From Vicinamibacterales bacterium (GTDB lineage Bacteria > Acidobacteriota > Vicinamibacteria > Vicinamibacterales > JAMQPK01): a DNA stretch of 64,000 nucleotides. The number at the start of each line of letters is the position of its first letter. The stretch's first letter is position 1. The stretch is from NCBI GenBank assembly GCA_963790545.1, contig CAWBPA010000024.1, positions 94,014 to 158,013 on the forward strand. The letters run 5' to 3'. The position numbers and the translations under genes were made by a program. Positions 1-9,234 of this stretch are shown in pieces. The notes under the pieces were generated by a model. That model did not search any database, was not told where the DNA came from, and saw nothing but the letters and a program-made list of their open reading frames with translations.

Positions 1-161
1 ACGGCCGACTCGGTTGGTGCGTCGGGCACCGGCCTCCTGGCCGTGGTGCTCTTTGACGCGCTCGCCCCAGGCTCGTCCACCTTCACGCCCAACGGCGTGG
101 CTACGGCACCCGAAGGGACAGCCGTTCCGCTCACCTTCGTGCCCGCGACGGTGACAGTGCG
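1..161 (+). CDS. C-terminal fragment of an upstream ORF entering from the window edge; product unknown
   Basis: Open frame from position 1 to a TGA at 159-161 that overlaps the ATGA start of the next gene; no recognisable motif. Confidence 0.3.
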
Positions 162-656
162 ATGACGATGACCGGCTGGTCCGGATCGCGGAGAGGGTCA
201 GCGGGCTACACCTTTATCGAAGTGCTCGTGGTGGCCGCAATCCTCGCAATTCTGGCGTCGGCGGCCATGCCCTTGACCCGGGTGACCATCCAGCGACATC
301 GGGAGATCACGCTGCGCCGCGCTCTCAAGGAAATGCGGACGGCCATCGATCGATTCAAGGAGGCCGCCGATCAGGGACGCATCGCGACGATCGACTTACC
401 GGCAAAGGGGGAAGGCTATCCGCAGGATCTCGAGACGCTCGTCGAAGGCGTGCCGATGAACAACGATGCCTCGGGCATCAAGTTGAAGTTTTTGCGGCGC
501 ATTCCGGTGGATCCGATCATGCAAACGAGGGAGTGGCAGCTTCGTTCGTATCAGGACGAGCCTGATGCGAAATCCTGGGGGGGACAGAACGTCTTCGACG
601 TCCGCACCAGAAGCGAAGCACGCGGGCTTGATGGAACTTACTACAAGGACTGGTGA
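162..656 (+). CDS. type II secretion / type IV pilin-like pseudopilin (GspG family)
   Basis: Prepilin leader ending in G followed by YTFIEVLVV (Glu at +5) and a hydrophobic helix; GspG-like C-terminal region with a KDW end; 4-nt ATGA overlap with the next pilin gene. Confidence 0.75.
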   Translation: MTMTGWSGSRRGSAGYTFIEVLVVAAILAILASAAMPLTRVTIQRHREITLRRALKEMRTAIDRFKEAADQGRIATIDLPAKGEGYPQDLETLVEGVPMNNDASGIKLKFLRRIPVDPIMQTREWQLRSYQDEPDAKSWGGQNVFDVRTRSEARGLDGTYYKDW

Positions 657-1051
657 TGAAACTCGGAACCCGGGCCGGTTTTACGCTCATCGAGTTGCTC
701 GTCGTGACCACGCTCATCGTGATTCTGGCGGGAACCGGGCTGGCCATGTACTCGTCGAGCGTGACGCGCGCCCGCGAAGCGACACTCAAGGAAGATCTGT
801 TTCGAATGCGGGATGCCATCGACCAGTATCACGCCGACAAAGGCAGCTATCCACCTGCGCTCGACGCACTGGTCAGTGGCGGTTATCTCCGTAAAGTACC
901 CGACGATCCTTTTACCCAGTCAGCAGAGACATGGGTGCCTGTACCTGCCGAGCCAGACCCCAATAATCCCGTCGCCGAACCGGGTGTCTTCGACGTGAAG
1001 AGCGGATCGGAAAAGATGGGCCTGGACGGATCGAAGTACGCGGATTGGTAG
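653..1051 (+). CDS. GspG-like pseudopilin, paralogue of the previous gene
   Basis: N-terminal G|FTLIELLVV prepilin motif; C-terminal ...KYADW similar to the upstream paralogue. Confidence 0.75.
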   Translation: MMKLGTRAGFTLIELLVVTTLIVILAGTGLAMYSSSVTRAREATLKEDLFRMRDAIDQYHADKGSYPPALDALVSGGYLRKVPDDPFTQSAETWVPVPAEPDPNNPVAEPGVFDVKSGSEKMGLDGSKYADW

Positions 1052-1146
1052 GGTTCTAAGGTTCTAGGGTTCCACGGTTCTAGGGTTCCACGATTTTCGA
1101 CCCGTCCGAACCGTAGAACCCTAGAACCTTAGAACCCTAGAACCCT
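1052..1146. repeat. palindrome built from tandem 8-mers (5 x NGGTTCYA, spacer, 4 x CCNTAGAA); likely bidirectional terminator between convergent genes
   Basis: gggttcta aggttcta gggttcca cggttcta gggttcca ... ccgtagaa ccctagaa ccttagaa ccctagaa; the arms are reverse complements. Confidence 0.8.
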
Positions 1147-1162
1147 CTATTGCACCCTCACT

Positions 1163-2332
1163 TCAACTCTGCCCGGCGCCGACGTGTTGCCATCCGTCGT
1201 GGTGACGGTCACCGTCACTGCGTAAGTCCCAACTGCTGCCGTAGCCATGGCTGGTGATGGTGCCGCTGGTACTGGTGGTCACGCCATCCCCGAAGTTCCA
1301 GTTAAAGCGTTCGACAGCTGTCGTGCTAGGCGTTACAGCGGCGGTAAACGTCACCTGCGCGCCGACGGTCGCTGGATTTGGACTGGCCGTGAGATTGACG
1401 TTGACAGGCGCCGACGGCAACACGATGACCGAGGTGCCGCCCGAAACGGATTCGCCATTCGAGTCGATGCCAGTGACGCGCACAGAGTACGTCCCCGATG
1501 ACTGATAAGCGTGCGGAACCGTCGTGGCACTCGAAATGGTTCCAAGAGAAGTGCTGCTGCCATCTCCGAAGTCCACCACCACGTTCCGTACGACGGCGTT
1601 TGTGCCAATCGGTGCCACACTGATGGTTGTCACCGCGCCAGCCAGCGGGGCAGTGGCCGGAGGCGTGACGCTCAAACCGGTCGCCGGCCGAACGCCCACG
1701 ACGACCTCCGATGAAACCTTTGTGCCGGCCCGAGCCGTCACTCGTGATTCCTGGTTGCTCGTCAAGGTCGAGCGAGCTTCGCCAAGCGCGTCGGTCACGG
1801 CGGTGGACGGGTTCAGGCTCCCGGTTGTGGCTGAGAACGTCACTGGAATACCCGCCAGTCCCTGCCCTCCGGTGCCTCGCACCGTGGCAAGCAGGACGAC
1901 GAATCCGCCAAGCGCCGGAAAGGTACCGGGGGTGGCCGACAATGAGACCGTGTCGGCGGCCGCCGCACCCACCGTGATTTCAAGAGCCTCGGACCGCGCC
2001 CCGCCCGAGGACGCAGTCACCCGCGCCACACCCGACGAGCCGTTCGCGTTCAGCCGGACGTTGGCTCTTCCGTTGTTGGTCCGCGCTTCGGTGAGATCGA
2101 GCTGACCGAGCGTCGTCGTGAACACCACCAGTGTCCCGTTGTGCACGGGAGTGCCCCCGTTCTCGACAATGTGCGCGGTGAGTTCCGCCGTCTCACTCAC
2201 ACCAAGAACGATGTGAGAGCTCGTCAGCGTGACCGTCGACCCCGACGGCGCGAGGAGCGGAAGCTGATCGCAGGCTGCCAGGGCCAGCGCCCCAACGAGG
2301 CCAAACCGAAGAAGGGCAATCCGTGTTACCAT
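1163..2332 (-). CDS. lipoprotein with bacterial Ig-like / PKD-like repeats
   Basis: Signal peptide with lipobox (LALAAC) if translation starts at the internal Met MVTRIALL...; repeated T/S/V-rich beta-sandwich-like segments and an FNWNFGDG PKD-type motif near the C-terminus. The called ORF extends to 2356. Confidence 0.6.
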   Translation of the reverse strand: MVTRIALLRFGLVGALALAACDQLPLLAPSGSTVTLTSSHIVLGVSETAELTAHIVENGGTPVHNGTLVVFTTTLGQLDLTEARTNNGRANVRLNANGSSGVARVTASSGGARSEALEITVGAAAADTVSLSATPGTFPALGGFVVLLATVRGTGGQGLAGIPVTFSATTGSLNPSTAVTDALGEARSTLTSNQESRVTARAGTKVSSEVVVGVRPATGLSVTPPATAPLAGAVTTISVAPIGTNAVVRNVVVDFGDGSSTSLGTISSATTVPHAYQSSGTYSVRVTGIDSNGESVSGGTSVIVLPSAPVNVNLTASPNPATVGAQVTFTAAVTPSTTAVERFNWNFGDGVTTSTSGTITSHGYGSSWDLRSDGDRHHDGWQHVGAGQS

Positions 2333-2354
2333 GGGCCTTAAAGATAATAATTCC

Positions 2355-3203
2355 ATGCAGTTAGAGGGTCAAGGCATCGCCGACAATCGTGGGTATGCGA
2401 TGGTCATGCTGCTGGTGGCCATGGGCGTGATGGCGGTGGTCTGGACGACCGCTCTGCCGGCCTGGAGCCAGCTGGCAAAGCGTGAGAAGGAAGAGGAGCT
2501 GATTTTCAGAGGCAACCAGTACGCCCGTGCCATCGGTCTCTTCCAGCGCAAGTACGCGAACCAAAGTCCCCCCAGCCTCGACGTGTTGATCGAACAGAAG
2601 TTTCTTCGAAAGAAGTACAAGGACCCGATGGTCCCCAACGGTGAATTCCAGCTCTTATATCAGACGGTCCAGCAGCCCGGATCGACGGGACGCGGCGGCG
2701 AATCGCCCGGACGGTCGTCCCAATCGCAATCTTCTACCGGGCGGTCGTCCCAGCCGGTGCAACCCCTTCAGCCCCAGCCGTCCGCTGCCGTTGCCATACC
2801 GGGTCAGGTCAGCGGTGCTCCAATTATCGGCGTGACGAGCAAGAGCAAAGAGGAGTCGCTCCGGGTGTATAACGGCGCCACCCACTACAACGAGTGGCAA
2901 TTCATCTACCTGGCCACGACACGACAGCCTGGCGCACCCGGCGGCGTCGAGGGCCCAGGCGGAGTTGGCCCCCCCGGCGGTCGAGGCAGGGGGAGCCGCG
3001 GGGAGCCCTTCGATCTTGGCGGTCGCGGGGGACGGGGAAGAGGCGCGCTCGAGCAGGGGCCTGATGGCCGACGAATGTTCAGGCTCGACGACCCAGAGAA
3101 TCCCGGTCGCGGGCGCGGAACAGGTCAACCCCCACGAGGCGGCGTCGCGTTCCCACCGTCCGACAGTGACTTCAATTTCCCGCAACCGCCTCCCCAGCGT
3201 TAA
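2355..3203 (+). CDS. pseudopilin-like protein (GspG fold) with a long Gly/Arg/Pro-rich low-complexity C-terminal tail
   Basis: Leader ...NRG|YAMVMLLVAMGVMAVV hydrophobic helix, then a GspG-like core (RKKYKDPMVPNGEFQLL). The last ~170 aa are GRGG/PGG repeats. The start is chosen at MQLEGQG; the ORF caller starts at 2331. Confidence 0.55.
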   Translation: MQLEGQGIADNRGYAMVMLLVAMGVMAVVWTTALPAWSQLAKREKEEELIFRGNQYARAIGLFQRKYANQSPPSLDVLIEQKFLRKKYKDPMVPNGEFQLLYQTVQQPGSTGRGGESPGRSSQSQSSTGRSSQPVQPLQPQPSAAVAIPGQVSGAPIIGVTSKSKEESLRVYNGATHYNEWQFIYLATTRQPGAPGGVEGPGGVGPPGGRGRGSRGEPFDLGGRGGRGRGALEQGPDGRRMFRLDDPENPGRGRGTGQPPRGGVAFPPSDSDFNFPQPPPQR

Positions 3204-3212
3204 AACAAAGTC

Positions 3213-4187
3213 TCAAGTCAGACTTTCCATTATTTCGTCGTGAAGACCCGCCCGAATCGGGCGAATGGCTTCGTTGTTCCGAGTGGGATGCACGCGGTTG
3301 GTCAAGAGCACCACGTAAACGTTGTGGACCGGATCGATCCAGAGTGACGTTCCGGTAAAGCCGGTGTGTCCGAACGCTTGGGGCGACATCCGTGAGCCGC
3401 ACGATGAGGTCGGCAGCATCGTGTCCCATCCGAGCGCGCGGGAACTGCCGGGCACGCCGGTCTTCGTCAGGAACTGCCGAAGCGTCGCAGTCGATGCCAG
3501 GCGTAACGCGTCTGGTGACGACTGAGACGTGACCTCGCGCAATACGCGCTGCGCAAACTTGCCAACCGCCACTACCGATCCAAACAGTCCCGCGTGGCCT
3601 GCCGCTCCGCCGAGGGCCCAGCAATTCTCGTCGTGCACTTCACCGATGAGCTGTCGCCCTCGCCACGGATCGACCTCGGTTGGCGCCGTGCGATCGCGCC
3701 ACGATCCGGGGGGATGAAAAGCCAGCTGTCCGATTCCGAGCTCGGTCATGAGCGCCGTACCTTGATCGCCGAACGACCGTCCTCCCACGTCTTCGAGAAT
3801 GAATCCAAGAATCATGAAGCCGAGATCGCTGTAAATCGATTGCGTCCGAGGCGCGTATTCGAGTGGCAGCGTCGCGATGGCGTGTTGGTACTCGCGACGC
3901 CCGACATGATCGCGAAAGAGGGGAAGCCACGCTGTGAGGCCGCTCGCGTGTTCGAGAAGATCCCGAACCGTCACAGTTTCCCGGTCGTGCCCCCTCCACT
4001 CGCTGATGCGACTCCCGACGGTGTCATCAAGCGACAGGCGACCCTCGTCGACGCGACGCATGGCAAGCGATGTCGTGACGATGACTTTGGTGAGCGAGGC
4101 CAGATCAAAAATCGTGTCCGATGTCGCGACCGGGGCAGCTGGATCGTACAGAAGAGCGACCGAACGCCTCACGCCAGAGGAGTTCAT
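3213..4187 (-). CDS. serine hydrolase, class C beta-lactamase / esterase family
   Basis: SLTK (SxxK) near the N-terminus, YSD and HTGFTG (KTG-like) motifs. No signal peptide from the called Met; the real start may lie upstream, before the terminator at 4288. Confidence 0.7.
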   Translation of the reverse strand: MNSSGVRRSVALLYDPAAPVATSDTIFDLASLTKVIVTTSLAMRRVDEGRLSLDDTVGSRISEWRGHDRETVTVRDLLEHASGLTAWLPLFRDHVGRREYQHAIATLPLEYAPRTQSIYSDLGFMILGFILEDVGGRSFGDQGTALMTELGIGQLAFHPPGSWRDRTAPTEVDPWRGRQLIGEVHDENCWALGGAAGHAGLFGSVVAVGKFAQRVLREVTSQSSPDALRLASTATLRQFLTKTGVPGSSRALGWDTMLPTSSCGSRMSPQAFGHTGFTGTSLWIDPVHNVYVVLLTNRVHPTRNNEAIRPIRAGLHDEIMESLT

Positions 4188-4287
4188 GGCCCGTGCCGAC
4201 TTCTACGGCCGCAGCGGGGAACGCACGCGTCGCGACGCCCTGGATCAGGACCGCTCGTGCACGATCGACGTTGAGGCGGGTCACAAA

Positions 4288-4358
4288 GGAAAAAGGGGTC
4301 GGGAGTCTTTTTCTGTTCGTACGAATCACCGGAAAAAAGACTCCCGACCCCTTTTTCC
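4288..4358. terminator. strong stem-loop (25-nt perfect arms) downstream of the GHL10 gene
   Basis: ggaaaaaggggtcgggagtcttttt ... aaaaagactcccgacccctttttcc; T-run on the minus strand. Confidence 0.8.
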
Positions 4359-5631
4359 TCAGTGAATGAACGCCGCGCGCCCGATGTCTGACAATGCGTC
4401 CGATTGGCCGGGAAATGTTGCGAAGTTGTCGTACGAGAACAGCACCACGCCACGCGCCCCAATCTCGCGCGCCGTCAGAATGCTTTCAATCGTCTCGGAG
4501 GACGACAGTCGATACGCACCAATACCGGCCCAGACAGCCTTGTCTCCGGCCAGAACTCGCGCGGACTCAATCTGGGCCCGGAAGGCGCTCGGATCGGTTG
4601 TGTACGCCATGGGACAAATGACATCGAGCAGCCCACGCCCCATCCAGAGCGGCCAGTCCTGCATCCGCCGCGCCACGGCGTCTCGAGCGTCCGGGAATAC
4701 GGCAGCACTGACGGTCGCGGTCGGGCGACGTGATTTGACGGCCGCACGCAAACGGACGAGAAGCGCCGTAAGCCTGTCGCGTCGAAACTCCCGCCAGCGC
4801 TCAGGAAACGCCTCTGCGTAGATAGTCGGTTCCGCCTTGAGCCGCGCATCGAAACGGTTCCGCTCGGTCCGCGTCAAATCGGAAACCACGTCGCGTCGAA
4901 ACCGCGCCAGGGCGGCCGCGCTGTGATCGAAGTCCTCGTTGGGATAGCGGATGTAGTCGAAATGAACGCCATCCACATCGTAGCGTCTGGCAAGGTCGTC
5001 AACCACCGATGTCGTGTACGCCGCCGCCTCGTCTGGAATGGGAGACAGGGTACAGGCCCTCGACCTGGGCGGATAGGGCCCTGACGGTTCGAACGAGCTT
5101 GTCGACGTATTCGGGACGTTTCGGATCGATCCCGGCAAGCTCTCGAGTAAGTGACTTCGGTACCATCAGCCATTCTGGATGACGATGAACGATGTGCTTC
5201 CTGACGGAGGGCAGCTCGTTGACGTTCGCCACCAGATTGACGTTGATCCACGCGTGCACGCGGAGACCTTGCGCGCGGGCCAACCTGAGGACGGTTGCCA
5301 GGGGATCGAAATCGGGCGTCTGACCAGCAAGCGCTGCTGCCCGCGGCTCGACGCCGTTGCGGAAGAACGCATCGCCTCGGCCTCGAACCTGGACGAGCAA
5401 CGTATTGAAACCCGCTGCGCGCGCAGCGTTCACCATCTGCGCGATCGCCTCGGGACTGGTCAGGCTGGCCCTCTGGACCCACAACGCGCGGACTTCGTCA
5501 TCAGCCAGCTCACCAGGGGACTGCCGTGCCCACAACGTCTGAACGGCGGCGGCAACGACGACAAGAACGAGGAGTCGCGTAGAGCGACGACGCGAACGAT
5601 GAAGAAGAGAAAGTAGCGGGCCCTTTGCCAA
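4359..5631 (-). CDS. GHL10-type glycoside hydrolase-like protein (family 10 glycosylhydrolase / YngK-like), interrupted by one frameshift near 5035
   Basis: N-terminal part (5631 down to 4999) contains GFNTLLVQVRGRGDAFF. The C-terminal part continues in another frame with DVDGVHFDYIRYP. The two ORFs overlap between 4999 and 5138. Confidence 0.65.
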
Positions 5632-5878
5632 ACAGCGCGACTGTAACAGTGGCTGCCGTACGTGTCAAACCCGGCTCTCGGATTTCGAGAGCCAAAAGCC
5701 TCGCCCCGAGCCCCGCCCTTCGAGATCCGAGAGCCTTGCGCCGAGTCCCGCGTTTATAATCGGCCGACATGCCATTCCTCTCGTCCTCAAAGGAACAATT
5801 CTGAGCCTCACGCACGTTGTTGGCCTCGACGTCGGCAGCTCGAAGACGCAGTGCTTTCTCGCCGACGGCGATGGCCGT

Positions 5879-6748
5879 GTGATCGCCCGCGCTGAAGGAC
5901 CCGGGGCAAACATCCGGGTGTTCGGCAAGTTCGAGACCGAGGCGGTCCTGCGCTCGGTCATCGAGTCGGTCGCTGGGATTGAACCGATCCCGCTTGCGGC
6001 GATCTGTGTGGGAATCGCGGGTGCCGATCGCGAGGAAGATACGACTGTCGTTCGCCGGATCGTCCGCCGGATCGTCAAAACCGAGCGCATCCTCGTTGTC
6101 AACGACGCTCTCATTGCGCTCGAAGCCGGCGTCGGCGATGCCCCCGGCATCGTCATCATCGCGGGCACCGGATCGATCGCGTACGGACGGAATGAGCAGT
6201 ATCGGGCGGCGCGCGCGGGCGGTTGGGGCTACGTGCTCGGCGACGAAGGCAGCGGCTACTGGATGGGACGCCTGGCGCTGCGATCGGTCGTCCGCGCCTC
6301 GGACGGTCGCGGCGACAGGACGGCGCTGTCGCCGCTCATTCTCAATCACTTTGGCGTCACACGCGCGCGTGAGCTCGTGCGTGAGATTTACACCCGAGAA
6401 CTCGGCCCCTCGCAGATTGCACCGCTGGCGAAGTACGTCCAGGCGGCCGTCGAAGAAGGGGACCTTGTCGCCCGTCACATTCTGCAAGCCGGAGCGCGCG
6501 AGCTCGTGGCAGCTGCGGGCTCAGTCGCGTCACAGTTGTCGATGACGGAGGAGTCGTTCACGTTCGTGCTGGCCGGAGGCATTTTCCGGGCCGTGCCGTG
6601 GCTTGGTGACGATCTGCCCAAGCGGCTGCCGGTGGTCGCTCCCCGCAGCCGCACCGAGCTACTCCAGGAGGAACCAGCTCTGGGCGCGATCAGGCTCGCG
6701 ATGGCGGAAGCCAGAGGCAGTGCGCGCATCCCAACCTACGGCGACTGA
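5879..6748 (+). CDS. BadF/BadG/BcrA/BcrD-type ATPase (N-acetylglucosamine kinase-like)
   Basis: GxDGG-like sugar-kinase motifs (VGIAGADRE, IIAGTGSIAYG, GWGYVLGDEGSGYW). Homology continues upstream to about 5801 (HVVGLDVGSSKT) without an in-frame ATG, so the true start is probably a non-ATG codon near 5800. Confidence 0.7.
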   Translation: MIARAEGPGANIRVFGKFETEAVLRSVIESVAGIEPIPLAAICVGIAGADREEDTTVVRRIVRRIVKTERILVVNDALIALEAGVGDAPGIVIIAGTGSIAYGRNEQYRAARAGGWGYVLGDEGSGYWMGRLALRSVVRASDGRGDRTALSPLILNHFGVTRARELVREIYTRELGPSQIAPLAKYVQAAVEEGDLVARHILQAGARELVAAAGSVASQLSMTEESFTFVLAGGIFRAVPWLGDDLPKRLPVVAPRSRTELLQEEPALGAIRLAMAEARGSARIPTYGD

Positions 6749-6779
6749 CGCGCCAGCAAAGCCGCACGATTGTCACTAG

Positions 6780-6885
6780 CAAGATCCGGAGCGTAAGCGA
6801 CCCTTCGACGAAGCTCAGGGTCGTCCTGAGCGCAGTCGAAGGACGACGGCAGCGCGTGGGGTGGAGCCCCACGCGAACTAATAGA
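6780..6885. repeat. ~100-nt multi-hairpin intergenic element, copy 1 (copy 2 at 30098-30195)
   Basis: caagatccggagcgtaagcgacccttcgacgaagctcagggtcgtcctgagc...gtcgaaggacgacggcagcgcgtgggg..ccccacgcg shared almost base for base with the second locus; three nested inverted repeats. Confidence 0.8.
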
Positions 6886-6896
6886 AGGCCCGCGTC

Positions 6897-7841
6897 TCAC
6901 CCAGCGTTCAGCAGCTCTTTGAGGCGCGGCTCGAGATCTTCCCGGATGGCTTGACGCACCGAGTCGTCCGCTTTCTTGAGGCGGACAAGGGCCTTCGGGT
7001 AGGTGAGATCCGCTTTGTGCATGACAATCGCGGCTTTGGTGTTCCAGCGGGCGCTGCGTAGCAGCTTGTCCGAGTCGTCGTACTCCAGGCCTGTGACAAT
7101 CATGACAATCCGGCGGGCGCGATCGCGCAACTTTTCCGACCCCGTCTGAACATCGACCATCAGATTGCCGTAGGTCTTGCCGATCCGGACCATCGCGGCC
7201 GTCGTCAGCATGTTCAGCACCATCTTCGTGGCGGTACCTGCCTTGAGGCGCGTGGAACCGGCAATGACCTCGGCGCCTACCGCAGGGGCAATGGTGAGAT
7301 CGACAAACGTCTGCAGCTCGGTTCCCGGGTCGCACGTCACGAAAATGATCTTCGAACCGGCCTTGCGCGCAAACGTGAGAGCGCCGCGAACGAACTGCGT
7401 CATGCCACTGGCCGAAACGCCCACAACCACGTCTCTGCGCGTCGGACGCAGCCGCTTGATCGATCGGGCACCATCGTCGTACCGATCCTCGACGCCCTCT
7501 TTGGCATGCAGGACGGCGTTGCGTCCCCCCGCCATGATGGCCTGAACCATGGCCGCGGGCGTGCCGAACGTCGGCGGCATTTCAGCCGATTCGAGAATGC
7601 CCAGACGACCGCTGGTGCCGGCACCGACGAAAATGACCCGGCCGCCCTTGCGGAAACTCTGGACGATGATGTCCACACCCAGCGCAATACGCGATTTTTC
7701 ACGGTGGACGGCCGCCAGGACTTTGCGGTCATCCTGCATCATCAACTCGACGATGTCGCTCGAGGAGAGTTTGTCGAGCCCTAGCGTGGCGGGATTGATC
7801 GCCTCGGTGGGAAGTTCCTCCCACTTCGACCGATGAGGCAT
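6897..7841 (-). CDS. murQ: N-acetylmuramic acid 6-phosphate etherase
   Basis: SIS-domain signature with GAGTSGRLG and the MurQ-typical C-terminal region; start taken at MPHRSKWEEL. Confidence 0.85.
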   Translation of the reverse strand: MPHRSKWEELPTEAINPATLGLDKLSSSDIVELMMQDDRKVLAAVHREKSRIALGVDIIVQSFRKGGRVIFVGAGTSGRLGILESAEMPPTFGTPAAMVQAIMAGGRNAVLHAKEGVEDRYDDGARSIKRLRPTRRDVVVGVSASGMTQFVRGALTFARKAGSKIIFVTCDPGTELQTFVDLTIAPAVGAEVIAGSTRLKAGTATKMVLNMLTTAAMVRIGKTYGNLMVDVQTGSEKLRDRARRIVMIVTGLEYDDSDKLLRSARWNTKAAIVMHKADLTYPKALVRLKKADDSVRQAIREDLEPRLKELLNAG

Positions 7842-7920
7842 TTCTACAGAACCTTCGCTCGTCGCGAGGTGCGGCCTCGCAGCCGACAAGTAACCGCGCA
7901 TAGTAGCGCCGGGCTCCCGG

Positions 7921-8881
7921 GTGTGTCAACCTAGGGCAGTTTTCAAAACGACTTCCATGGTTGGTCCCGAAACATCAGCACGGCTCCTCGAGACCTATCT
8001 CGACCATCTCCGGATCGAGCGGCGCCTTGCCGATCACACGCTCGAAAGCTATCAACGGGACCTGCTCAAGCTCGCCCAGTTTGCCGCCGGTCGAAGCCAG
8101 ACGCTCGAGTTGCTGGATCGGCACGATCTGGATCGGTTCGTTCAGGAGCTGTCCGGGCAAGGTTTGTCCCCGCGCTCGGTAAGCCGGGCCGTCGCCGCGG
8201 TCAGAAGTTTCTACCGGTTCGTGACCCTCGAGCGCCGGCGCGATCAGAACCCGGCCGAAGATCTCCAGGCACCGCGCGCGTGGCCGGCCCTTCCGAAGTT
8301 CCTCTCGGCTGAAGAGGTCGACCGCCTCATTCAGATACCCGACACCACGACGGTGCGCGGGCTTCGCGATCGCGCACTCATCGAGCTTCTCTATGCAACC
8401 GGCCTCCGCGTTTCGGAGCTGGTGCAGCTGCGGGTGACCGACGTCAACCTCGAAGCCGCGTACCTGTCGTGTACGGGGAAAGGCGGAAAGCAGCGCGTCG
8501 TGCCGATTGGTGACGAAGCCAGCTCCTGGGTCAGCCGCTACCTTTCCACGGCGCGGCCGGCGCTCGTGGGCCGGAAAGCGCACGGGAAACCTGGCGGGGC
8601 GGAGCGCTTGTTCGTGAACGCGCGCGGGGGTCGCGCGCTGTCCCGCGTCGGGTTCTGGAAGATCCTCAAGCAGTGACGCCACAAAGGCGGGGTTGGGACG
8701 AGCGTTGAGTCCACATGTGCTGCGCCACTCGTTCGCCACGCACCTGCTCGACCGCGGCGCGGACCTGCGGGCCATCCAGCTCATGCTGGGTCATGCGGAT
8801 TTGTCCACCACGCAGATCTACACCCACGTACTCGAGGCGCGCCTTCGAGTCGTCTACGACAAATATCATCCGCGTCCGTAA
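7921..8881 (+). CDS. xerD: tyrosine recombinase XerD, frameshifted by one extra base at about 8674
   Basis: N-terminal SAM-like domain ([22 protein letters not shown]). The first frame ends ...FWKILKQ*. The next frame continues [15 protein letters not shown]...[15 protein letters not shown] with the catalytic R-H-R-Y residues. Removing one G in cagtGacgcc restores QYATKAGL. Confidence 0.8.
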
Positions 8882-8890
8882 GAGTGTGAT

Positions 8891-8982
8891 GCGAAATTAC
8901 GTCGTAGGGCGGGCCTTGCTTTGTAGGTCCGCCTGGAGCCGGGTCCAAAGAGCAGGACCCGGCCTACGTACGGCAATTTCGC
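8891..8982. other. long compound inverted repeat downstream of xerD (terminator or structured RNA)
   Basis: gcgaaattacgtcgtagg...ccgggtcc aaagagca ggacccgg...cctacgtacggcaatttcgc; the outer ~20-nt arms enclose an inner 8-bp hairpin. Confidence 0.5.
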
Positions 8983-9234
8983 CACGCGCGTCAAAGAGTC
9001 CGCGCTGGGGTCCGCGTCGGTGAAACGAGAAAAGCATCAACAGTGCGTCAAAACCCACATTTGTTGGACAGCTTTAGCGTCCTTTGATAAAGTGTCTCGG
9101 TTCTGGAGGGCCGTAAATATCACCCGTATGGGTGGTACGTGCGCCTCCGCCGCACATAACTTCACCAGCGCTGGACGACGCGACCGACCCCGGTGTGCGA
9201 CGGACGTGCGCGCCTAGCTCAGGAGTTCTACGCA

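Noticed and set aside
1052-1146. CRISPR-like interpretation of the tandem 7-8 nt repeats
   Set aside because: Units are only 7-8 nt, contiguous with no spacers, and the arrays are self-complementary; no cas genes in the window
5510-6487. 325-aa minus-strand ORF
   Set aside because: Antisense to the BadF-type ATPase gene and the GHL10 N-terminus; no motifs; Arg-rich
8881-9234. SAM-I/SAM-II/SAM-IV riboswitch upstream of metK
   Set aside because: None of the conserved cores I can recall (for example SAM-I GGUGCUAA or GCAACC, SAM-IV CCAGCGUCAAGCC) are present; kept only as an unexplained structured leader
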